Positions 9,130 to 17,227 of a stretch of DNA of 31,720 nucleotides are shown piece by piece. Under the pieces are notes generated by a model, which had not been told where the DNA came from, ran no database searches, and worked only from the letters and a program-made list of their open reading frames with translations. The position numbers were made by a program, and so were the translations under genes. This DNA is from an uncultured archaeon (GTDB lineage: Archaea > Asgardarchaeota > Lokiarchaeia > Sigyniarchaeales > SOKP01), in contig CAZDTP010000038.1 of assembly GCA_964508365.1 (NCBI GenBank), positions 1-31,720 on the forward strand, written 5' to 3'. Each line of letters begins with the position of its first letter. Position 1 is the stretch's first letter.

Positions 9130-10044
9130 TTATAAGCGAACTATCTCTTTAATCTTCTCTTTAAGATAAGTTTCTCTCCATGTGGGGAAATCTTTTCCTT
9201 CAATAAGTATTGAGATTTCTACAGAATCATAATTTTCTGAAACAAGTGAAGATTCTATATTTTGAAGTTCTTTCATTGATTCTGTCCAAACGCATATAAG
9301 TTTTATATGTGGTAAATTACTAAAAGCCCATGAAAAAACAATTCGGGAACCATAATCTTTCTTTAAGTTGTTATTAAATTCTCTATCATCTAGTAATGAA
9401 TCAGATTTTAACTTTAAGATTATCATAGTAAAAATTAAAGTGGGAAACCAATCAATTTGGAATTCTATTAAAAAGTTCTCAATTAAACTTTCTAATCGTC
9501 TCTTAATTGTTTTGGTGGAAGCTCCTACTTCTTCAGCTACATCAGAAATTGTTTTTCTAGAATTATCTTTTAAAGAATTTACAATAAGGTAATCTAAATT
9601 AGTAAGATTTTTTTTATTTTTTATTGATATTGAAGGCATATTTCGATCAATACCAACTGTGAGTTGACTAATTTTTCCAGTTTTTCGTATAAAGGTAACT
9701 AAAGAATCTAACTCATTCATATTTCGAATATAAGCATGAAAATAGAATTTATTTCCGCTAGCACGTGAAATATTATATATGAACTCATTTTCACCTAATT
9801 GGTCTAACAGAAGTTTCTTATCTTTTACATTTGGTATGCCAAACATCACGATATTTGATATATTAGGAAAATTCGCGATGCCTAATCTTGCTTTAAAATG
9901 TTTAATGACCCCTAGTTGTACTAGCAATTTAACACGTTTATGGATTGAATTGACACTAATATGAAATTCATCAGCTAATTGTTTGTACGGTGTTCTTGAA
10001 TTTGCCATTAACAACATTAAAATTTTAAGGTCAATTTCATCCAA
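9130..10044 (-). CDS. Lrp/AsnC-family transcriptional regulator with two tandem wHTH+effector units
   Basis: DEIDLKILMLLMANSRTPYKQLADEFHISVNSIHKRVKLL and NLDYLIVNSLKDNSRKTISDVAEEVGASTKTIKRRLESL; TTG start. Confidence 0.9.
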   Translation of the reverse strand: MDEIDLKILMLLMANSRTPYKQLADEFHISVNSIHKRVKLLVQLGVIKHFKARLGIANFPNISNIVMFGIPNVKDKKLLLDQLGENEFIYNISRASGNKFYFHAYIRNMNELDSLVTFIRKTGKISQLTVGIDRNMPSISIKNKKNLTNLDYLIVNSLKDNSRKTISDVAEEVGASTKTIKRRLESLIENFLIEFQIDWFPTLIFTMIILKLKSDSLLDDREFNNNLKKDYGSRIVFSWAFSNLPHIKLICVWTESMKELQNIESSLVSENYDSVEISILIEGKDFPTWRETYLKEKIKEIVRL

Positions 10045-10158
10045 AGATCAACACTTTCTCAAATTTAATAATTTAATATTATGGGTACATTTAATTTAAT
10101 AATCTAAAATTTAAGAAATTGATTATCACAATATAAAATTTAATCGGACATTGAATTT

Positions 10159-10310
10159 GTGACATTGATTTTTATTATTCATTTAGAAACAGTAAATATT
10201 AAACACTCTACTATAAAAGAACTTCCAGGATCCTCTGGAAGAACAGATGTCTTCTGTGTAGATGTATCTTAGCAGCGATGTATCGAAATTCTGCATTTAA
10301 TAGCTTTTAG
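10159..10310 (+). pseudogene. trmY: 5' remnant of a TrmY-like SPOUT tRNA methyltransferase, frameshifted and truncated
   Basis: GTG 10159 gives (M)TLIFIIHLETVNIKHSTIKELPGSSGRTDVFC. Removing a 2-nt GT duplication (10258-10259) continues RCILAAMYRNSAFNSF*. ELPGSSGRTDVFCRC matches the TrmY N-terminal motif DLPGxxGRxDxLCRC as I remember it; no search was run. Confidence 0.65.
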
Positions 10311-10417
10311 TGATATTTTTTCCTAACGAATCTTACTTAAAAATGGCTTCCGCATTCTTAATCAAAATATCTTTATATTGTAAAATATTGAATTGAACAA
10401 TTAGTGGGAAAAAAGTC

Positions 10418-11887
10418 ATGATTATGAATAACAATAATTTTCTTCAAAACTTAACTAAAATTTGCGGATCTCAAAATATATCACAGGATCCTAAAGATTT
10501 AAAAGATTATTCTAAGGATTTAAGTTTTTTAGAAGGAAAATCTCCATTATGTATTGTTTGGCCATCTAAATCTCAAGAGGTAACAAAAATAGTAAAATTA
10601 GCGAACAATTTAAAATTCTATGTTATTCCCGTAAGTTCAGATTCAAAATTTAAGCATCACGGAGATTCATTGCCTAAAAAGGATAATTGCATTATCTTAA
10701 ATCTTTCAAGAATGAATAAAGTCCTTTCAATTGATAGAAAAAATCGGGTTGTTATGGTTGAACCCGGTGTTACCTTTGGTCAATTAGTTCCTAAGCTCAA
10801 AAAAAAAGGTTTAAGATTACTTTTACCTCTTAATCCAACATCTTCTAGATCAGTCCTCTCGACAGCTTTAGAAAGAGATCCAATTACAATACCTCGATAT
10901 CACTGGGATAGCTCCGATCCGCTATTATGTACGGAAGTTGTATTTGGAACCGGAGATTTATTCAGAACAGGAACTGCTGCTGGTCCGGGAACAATCAAGC
11001 AGCAACAAAAAATGGGCCAAGCACAAGTTAATCCAATGGGACCTACTCAATTTAGCCCTTTTAGAGTAATACAAGGAGCTCAAGGGAGTTTAGGGGTGGT
11101 AACCTGGGCTACATTGAAATTAGAATTATTACCCTCTACTCAGAAAGTCTACCATTTTCAATCGGACAATATCCAAAATCTATTAGATCTTCAATATGAG
11201 TTACTAAAATATAGGCTTTGCGATGAACTCGTTATTTTGAATAATATAAACTTAGCATGCCTGCTTAAGCATAATCAACAAGAAATTTCTGAACTAGTTG
11301 GAAACTTAGAGAAATATAATTTAATTTTTATTGTCTCTGGCAGGGGACCATTATCCAAGGATAAAATTTCATATCTTGAAGGGGATATTGACGAAATTAG
11401 AGCAGAGTTAAGTTTAAATTTTTCAGAACCCAATGTGGAAATTTCTGAGAAAGAAATCCTTCATTTTCTTAATGAACCATGTGAAAAACCATGGAGAATG
11501 AGATCAAAAGGAGCCTATCAAGATATCCTCTTTTTAACTAGTTTTGAAAAAATTCCTAAATTTATCTCCTTGATGGAGGCGAATTATGAGAAAGAGTTCG
11601 GGATTTATATTCAACCTATAAATCAAGGAACATCATATCACATTGAATTTGATTTGCATTATGAACCAGAAAACGATAATGTTGTTAAAACTATTAAAAA
11701 GAAAATCTTAGATGTAGGAAATCAACTAATGGATAGCGGAGCTTTTTTCAGTAGACCTTATGGAATATGGGCTAAAGATGTGTTTTCCCATCATAGTGCA
11801 GAAACTATTGATGCTCTAAAAAAGGTTAAAAAAATATTCGACCCGAACAATGTATTAAATCCAGGAGTTTTGTGTTTTGATGATTAG
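10418..11887 (+). CDS. FAD-binding oxidoreductase, VAO/PCMH (GlcD-like) family
   Basis: IILNLSRMNKVLSIDRKNRVVMVEPGVTFGQL, EVVFGTGDL, GSLGVVT; C-terminal KKIFDPNNVLNPG. Confidence 0.9.
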   Translation: MIMNNNNFLQNLTKICGSQNISQDPKDLKDYSKDLSFLEGKSPLCIVWPSKSQEVTKIVKLANNLKFYVIPVSSDSKFKHHGDSLPKKDNCIILNLSRMNKVLSIDRKNRVVMVEPGVTFGQLVPKLKKKGLRLLLPLNPTSSRSVLSTALERDPITIPRYHWDSSDPLLCTEVVFGTGDLFRTGTAAGPGTIKQQQKMGQAQVNPMGPTQFSPFRVIQGAQGSLGVVTWATLKLELLPSTQKVYHFQSDNIQNLLDLQYELLKYRLCDELVILNNINLACLLKHNQQEISELVGNLEKYNLIFIVSGRGPLSKDKISYLEGDIDEIRAELSLNFSEPNVEISEKEILHFLNEPCEKPWRMRSKGAYQDILFLTSFEKIPKFISLMEANYEKEFGIYIQPINQGTSYHIEFDLHYEPENDNVVKTIKKKILDVGNQLMDSGAFFSRPYGIWAKDVFSHHSAETIDALKKVKKIFDPNNVLNPGVLCFDD

Positions 11888-11930
11888 ACTCTAAAAATCT
11901 ATGAAAATTTAAAAAACGAAAGAGATTAAA

Positions 11931-13235
11931 ATGGACGAAGAAGAATATCAAAAAATGATAAAACGGTGTGTACGTTGTTCTGTATGCAAATGGATCCCCC
12001 AAGTCCAAATTAAAAGTCAAAAATATGCTTCGGGGTGCCCAGCAATTGATATTTATAATTATCATCCTTATAGTGGTGGGGGGAAAATAATTCTTGCTCT
12101 CGCATATGAGATGGGAAGAATTAAACCATCAGAAGAACTTCGCGATATTGTTTATAAATGCACTGTGTGTGGAAATTGCGCCGTAGCTTGTAAATATATG
12201 AGTACATTAGAGCCAATAGAGATTATGATGAAATTGAGGGAGAAATTGGTAGATATAGGATGTGGTCCGATGCCTCAACAGAAAACATATATAGAAGCAG
12301 TCAAAAAGGTGAACAATCCATACAATGAACCACATGAAAAAAGAATGGATTGGATACCTGATGACATTATTCTCGATCCAAAAGCAAAAGTATTGTATTA
12401 TGTTGGGTGTACTTCTTCCTATAGAAGAAAAGAAATGGCAATAGCAGCAGCACGTATTATGAACGAAGCGGGAGTATCGTTCAATATATTACGAGAAGAT
12501 GAATTTTGCTGTGGGAGCCCAATATTACGTACTGGAGATTCAAATACATTTGAAGAAATCCTTAATAAGAATCTGGATATAATTGAATCAAAAGGTATAG
12601 AGACTGTTGTTTTTAGTTGCGCTGGTTGTTATGATACCTTTAAAGTCGATTATCCTTTAAGTAGAAAATATGATTTTAAAGTTAAACATACAGTAGAACT
12701 TTTTGACGAGTTAATCGAATCAAGACAGTTACAATTAACTAATAATGTTCCTATTACAGTTACTTATCATGATCCCTGTCATTTAGGCAGAAATGCCGAA
12801 AGATACGAAGATTGGGATGGTGATGTAGTTCCACTAATGCCTTTAATCTCAATTAATATCCCTCCTAAACCCAAAAGGACAGGATCCAAAGGAATTTACG
12901 ATGCTCCAAGAAATATTCTTAAAAAAATCCCGGGATTGAAATTCGTAGAAATGGAGAGGATTCAAGAATATGCTTACTGCTGTGGAGCTGGCGCAGGAGT
13001 AAAATCAGCTTTTCCTGAAATGGCTATAAAAACAGCTAAAATACGGATTGAAGAAGCTGAAGATTCTGGGGCAGATATCCTAGTTTCTGCTTGTCCTTTT
13101 TGTTCTACAAATTTGCAGGATGGTATTATGGATATGAATTCCAAATTAAAGTATTTTGATATAAGTGAACTAATTTTAATGGCTTTAGGTCTAGAACCGG
13201 AAAAATTAAAGCAAGCAACTACGGAGGGTGCATAA
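11931..13235 (+). CDS. Fe-S oxidoreductase, HdrD/GlpC/GlcF-like (4Fe-4S dicluster + two CCG domains)
   Basis: CVRCSVC...CP, CTVCGNCAVAC, YYVGC, CCGSP, CAGC, YHDPCHLGR, CCGAGAG, ACPFC. Confidence 0.92.
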   Translation: MDEEEYQKMIKRCVRCSVCKWIPQVQIKSQKYASGCPAIDIYNYHPYSGGGKIILALAYEMGRIKPSEELRDIVYKCTVCGNCAVACKYMSTLEPIEIMMKLREKLVDIGCGPMPQQKTYIEAVKKVNNPYNEPHEKRMDWIPDDIILDPKAKVLYYVGCTSSYRRKEMAIAAARIMNEAGVSFNILREDEFCCGSPILRTGDSNTFEEILNKNLDIIESKGIETVVFSCAGCYDTFKVDYPLSRKYDFKVKHTVELFDELIESRQLQLTNNVPITVTYHDPCHLGRNAERYEDWDGDVVPLMPLISINIPPKPKRTGSKGIYDAPRNILKKIPGLKFVEMERIQEYAYCCGAGAGVKSAFPEMAIKTAKIRIEEAEDSGADILVSACPFCSTNLQDGIMDMNSKLKYFDISELILMALGLEPEKLKQATTEGA

Positions 13236-13238
13236 ATA

Positions 13239-14810
13239 GTGTTAGGAAAGGAGATTCTTAAGGAATTTCAAGATATCGTAGGCGTTGAAAATATAGATGA
13301 TGGAGATGTAATGACAAATGCTTATGCTTATAATTGGTGTATTGAATTTGTAAATTATATGGAAGATAAAGAGCCAATACCCTTTTCTCCAATACCGAAA
13401 GCTGTTATATTACCTTCATCAACAGAAGAAGTTCAAAAAGTTGTGCAATTATGTAATAAATACGGAATTAAATTTAAAGCGCAAAGTACTGGTCTTGGTC
13501 CTTGGAATCAACCTTCTACTGATAATTCTGTTATAATGGATTTGCGTAGAATGAATAGAATTGTAAAAATAGATGTAAAAAATCTTTATGCAGTAGTCGA
13601 GCCGTATGTAAGTGGTGCACAACTACAAGCTGAAACTATGAAATATGGGTTGAATATTCATATGCCCGGTGCTGGTCCTATGGCTTCAACATTGGCAAGC
13701 CATACTTCAATGGCGGGTCCTGGTTTTACTTCTCCCCAAACAGGATATAGCGCGAGAAATGTATTAGGGACAGAATGGGTATTACCGACGGGAGAAATTC
13801 TGAGATTAGGCTCTCTAGGCTTAAAAAATGAGCCTGATTGGTATTCCGGAGATGGTCCTGGTCCTAGTTTAAGAGGGATAATGCGTGGATGGGTAGGAAC
13901 AAAATCTGGACTCGGAGTATTTACAAGAGTTGCTACTAAACTCTTTCCATACCCATGTCATACAGAATATGTTCTGAAAGGTCATTCTCCAATTTATGAT
14001 TTTAAAATTCCCAATTTTATTCGAGCATATGTTGTGGATTGTAAAAATTTTAAACACTTAGAAAAGTCCTTTATAAGAATTGAAGAAGAAGAAATTGCTC
14101 TAATATGCAGTCATATGTCTAGCTATGCTATTATGGCAATTTTCTCCTATACTATAGAAAGCTTAATGGATAAAATTGCATTTGGAAGTATGAAAAGTCC
14201 GTTATTAATTGTAATAGCGGCTCGTACAAAGCGTGAGTTTGACTATAAACAGAAAGTTATGAATCATCTAATGGAAGAACTAAACTTGATCAATATTATA
14301 GGCACTAAATACGAACCAGAATCTCTATTTTACGCAGAATGTTTAAGAACAAATCTTGGATATCATGGATTTATTGCTACTGGAGGTTTTCAATCAGCAA
14401 AAGGTCAATGTGATTCTGCTGCCTTGTGTTTAAGGGCGGAAATGAAAAATAAACCGTTAAAGCAAAAATACATTGAAAAGGGAGTAATCGCCAACGATTT
14501 TGGAGAAGGAGCATGGATGACATCTTATGAATCTGGACATTTTTTCCATATGGAAGCCCCTACTTTTTTTGACCAAACAAATGAAGAGAGCGTAAAAGGA
14601 ATGGGTGAATATATGAAGGAAAGTAATCAAATGGATTTACTTAAACACTTAGGGGTGCCATTTTTCATAGAAGGAGATCAATTGCATAATCACTGGGGCC
14701 CCCATTTGATGAATTATCATAATTGGTTAAGAAAGATTAAAGAAGCATTTGATCCTAATGGCGTTTCAGACTCTGGATTTTATATTTCAGGGAATGAAGG
14801 AGATGTATGA
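13239..14810 (+). CDS. Second FAD-binding oxidoreductase, VAO/PCMH family
   Basis: PKAVILPSSTEEVQKVVQLCNKY, MDLRRMNRIVKID, VVEPYVS, EWVLPTGEILRLG, GLGVFT, IKEAFDPNG; GTG start after SD GGAGGGTG. Confidence 0.9.
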   Translation: MLGKEILKEFQDIVGVENIDDGDVMTNAYAYNWCIEFVNYMEDKEPIPFSPIPKAVILPSSTEEVQKVVQLCNKYGIKFKAQSTGLGPWNQPSTDNSVIMDLRRMNRIVKIDVKNLYAVVEPYVSGAQLQAETMKYGLNIHMPGAGPMASTLASHTSMAGPGFTSPQTGYSARNVLGTEWVLPTGEILRLGSLGLKNEPDWYSGDGPGPSLRGIMRGWVGTKSGLGVFTRVATKLFPYPCHTEYVLKGHSPIYDFKIPNFIRAYVVDCKNFKHLEKSFIRIEEEEIALICSHMSSYAIMAIFSYTIESLMDKIAFGSMKSPLLIVIAARTKREFDYKQKVMNHLMEELNLINIIGTKYEPESLFYAECLRTNLGYHGFIATGGFQSAKGQCDSAALCLRAEMKNKPLKQKYIEKGVIANDFGEGAWMTSYESGHFFHMEAPTFFDQTNEESVKGMGEYMKESNQMDLLKHLGVPFFIEGDQLHNHWGPHLMNYHNWLRKIKEAFDPNGVSDSGFYISGNEGDV

Positions 14811-15222
14811 TACCGTGAGTAATCCTGATCTCGCATTAAAAAAACAAAGAGGTTTTGCAGGACTTATCGCAAAACTAGTAGAACCATTAAATAAAAATCC
14901 CAATTTTAAAAATGAATTTAATAAAATTCAGCGTAAATTCCTGATTAATGGTACAAACTTGAATTATGCTGCCATTATATCACTTGAAAAGGGAACCATT
15001 ACAGTTGAGAGTATACCAAATAAACCGGTTGACAATTTAAACAAGAAGAAATTAGGTTGGGATGGATATATAGCCATGGATGCTCAACTATTTTTAGCTT
15101 TAGTAACAAAAAGACTCTCTCTTATGGGAATGTTAAAAAAATGGATTAGTGGGGATATTACAATGAAAGGAATTACAAAATTACTAATCTTTTTGAAAAT
15201 TCTTAAATTCCTTGAAGATTAA
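14803..15222 (+). CDS. SCP2 (sterol carrier protein 2)-like lipid-binding protein
   Basis: DGYIAMDAQLFLALVTKRLSLMGMLKKWISGDITMKGITKLL follows the SCP2 C-terminal pattern. It overlaps the upstream stop; the start (ATG 14803 vs 14794 or GTG 14815) is uncertain. Confidence 0.65.
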   Translation: MYDTVSNPDLALKKQRGFAGLIAKLVEPLNKNPNFKNEFNKIQRKFLINGTNLNYAAIISLEKGTITVESIPNKPVDNLNKKKLGWDGYIAMDAQLFLALVTKRLSLMGMLKKWISGDITMKGITKLLIFLKILKFLED

Positions 15223-15236
15223 AAAAAGAGATTTAA

Positions 15237-16283
15237 TTACTTAGCTATAACCATCTCATGCAATGTGGTTCCTTGCTCTTTATAGGATTCTCCATCAAGA
15301 ACTACTTCAATATTAAATTTAGAATTTAATCTAAAATAACCTGGTTTCATCCTAAGCAAATATTTTACAACGAACCGTAAAATTGGACTTAATTCAAATA
15401 GTAAATTTTCTGCATCAATTATTTCTTGAACCTGAAGTGTTATATTGATTTGGTCACCATTTGAAAAGCTAAGGACTCTCGGATAGCTATTATTAACTAC
15501 TTCATTAAATTGAAATTCTTCTTGTAAAATTTCATATTCTCCAGTGCTCTCAAGAATTTTTTCATCCTTAGCAAGCATGAGAACTTTAATCTTATAATCA
15601 TCCATTTTTTTATTGCACTTAATAAAAGCGAAAATTATTGTGAAATTTTCAGAGTAAATCCGCCCCCAATACCAATACTCGACGATTCTAACAAGACTAA
15701 AACTTAGCCAGTTATGATCGTGGTAGCCAATACCCTTCACTGAGATAGTCTCACCATCTACTTTTATAGTTCCTTCTACTTCAGCACGAGGAAGCGGTAC
15801 ACACCATCCAAAATGCCCCATCTTACCAAATTGGGTATATCCATTCCCTGGGATCCAGCTCTGAACGATGGCTTTATATTTTAAGTGAATTCCATAATCT
15901 CCTTCGTCTAAATATATCTCATAAAATGGTAATTTTTCATTAGTATAATCGACTTTTATGAAATTCTTACCTATACTTAGGTTTGCATCCTTTTTTGTGA
16001 CTTTAAGGTCCTCCCGAGAATAATCATATACATTTTGAATTTTTTTGCCATTAGGTTTATAAATAGTTATTTCTATGCCTGTTTTACCTGTTCTTTCGTG
16101 TTTTGCGCGAAAAAATCCTACTACCATAAATCCATTATCCAACCGCGCATCAAAATACCACCATTCGCTATTACCTTTCTTATTCATATCAATGTGTAAT
16201 GCATCAAATTCTGGTTTGAATACTGTTATAGTTCCGTCTTTTTTACCTGGACCTGTCCAAGCTTCACTAATCATAGAAGTCAT
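15237..16283 (-). CDS. CrtC/AttH/lipocalin-like double beta-barrel protein (hydratase-like)
   Basis: EWWYFDARLDNG and GIGYHDHNW motifs, YWYWGR, beta-rich and aromatic-rich sequence. Confidence 0.7.
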   Translation of the reverse strand: MTSMISEAWTGPGKKDGTITVFKPEFDALHIDMNKKGNSEWWYFDARLDNGFMVVGFFRAKHERTGKTGIEITIYKPNGKKIQNVYDYSREDLKVTKKDANLSIGKNFIKVDYTNEKLPFYEIYLDEGDYGIHLKYKAIVQSWIPGNGYTQFGKMGHFGWCVPLPRAEVEGTIKVDGETISVKGIGYHDHNWLSFSLVRIVEYWYWGRIYSENFTIIFAFIKCNKKMDDYKIKVLMLAKDEKILESTGEYEILQEEFQFNEVVNNSYPRVLSFSNGDQINITLQVQEIIDAENLLFELSPILRFVVKYLLRMKPGYFRLNSKFNIEVVLDGESYKEQGTTLHEMVIAK

Positions 16284-16376
16284 AATTTATCCCAATAATA
16301 TCCCAAAAAATAATATGTTCAGTTAATTATATCTGGCGGGTATTACATTTAAAGTTATCAAAAATAGGGAAATTAA

Positions 16377-17084
16377 TTAATTCTTCTCTTGGAGTGTTTT
16401 TCCTTGAAATAATCTTCTTTTTAATTTAACCATTGAAGTATCTTCATTATATTCTAACACGTCAATCTTCGATAATTCGTGAACTGCTCTTAAAACCATC
16501 GCACCTGAGATTCCTGTAGTATTTTTTATTTGTTCACGACTCATCTCTTCTTTTTCTCCATGGAGACTAAGTAATATACGATAATGAGGTTGTCCTTGCC
16601 ATATTTCATCGATTAATAGCATTGTTATAGAAAGTAAAGCTTTCATTCTTTCAAAATCAAACTCTGATTCTTGACTCTCCTCAGCGACTTTTGCTAATTT
16701 TTTCAGTTCTACTTTTAAACTTGCATATTCTTTTAGTAACCTTTGTTGCTCTTCCGTTAAGGAGCCTATTTTTTGATCTCTCTCTTGCTTTTCTTTTTCA
16801 AGTGTTTGAGTTTCTTCTTCTAATTTCTTCTTTTCATTCTCTAAATTAGCTTTTTCTTCTTCTAACTGTCTTTTTTCAGCTTCTAACATTTTAGTAGCTT
16901 GTTCTAACTGCGTCTTTTCCCCTTCGAGTAATTCCTTGTCTCTACTAAGTTGTGCTTTATCTCTTTCTAATTCTATTAGCTCAGTTTTTGCCTTTTCTAA
17001 AACATCTATAAATTGTTTAAAATTATCTTCAACAGATCGTAAGGAGCTCTCGATTATTTCTGAAGCACTTTTTTTTTCTGACAT
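16377..17084 (-). CDS. Long leucine-zipper coiled coil + C-terminal winged helix-turn-helix
   Basis: LExEK heptads; C-terminal HYRILLSLHGEKEEMSREQIKNTTGISGAMVLRAVHELSKIDVLEY is wHTH-like. Confidence 0.75.
   Translation of the reverse strand: MSEKKSASEIIESSLRSVEDNFKQFIDVLEKAKTELIELERDKAQLSRDKELLEGEKTQLEQATKMLEAEKRQLEEEKANLENEKKKLEEETQTLEKEKQERDQKIGSLTEEQQRLLKEYASLKVELKKLAKVAEESQESEFDFERMKALLSITMLLIDEIWQGQPHYRILLSLHGEKEEMSREQIKNTTGISGAMVLRAVHELSKIDVLEYNEDTSMVKLKRRLFQGKTLQEKN
16695..16970 (-). repeat. Degenerate 21-nt (heptad) tandem repeat inside the coiled-coil gene
   Basis: Leu codons fall every 21 nt at 13 of 14 positions from 16970 to 16695; TTCTAA recurs on the + strand. Confidence 0.75.
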
Positions 17085-17227
17085 TTAATTTCACAATTAA
17101 TGATTTAAACTAATAATTATAAATTAAATTAAAATATATAAGTTAGACATAGTATAAAATATACACTTCTAATTATCATCAGAAAAGTTCCACATCAAGA
17201 CAATTAAAACCAGAAATATAATCAGCT

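Noticed and set aside
10222-10241. Inverted repeat CTTCCAG-N6-CTGGAAG as an operator or RNA hairpin
   Set aside because: Better explained as the codons for LPGSSGR in the trmY-like relic.
10183-10296. 37-aa minus-strand small ORF (MQNFDTSLL...)
   Set aside because: No SD, no motif, and antisense to the trmY-like remnant.
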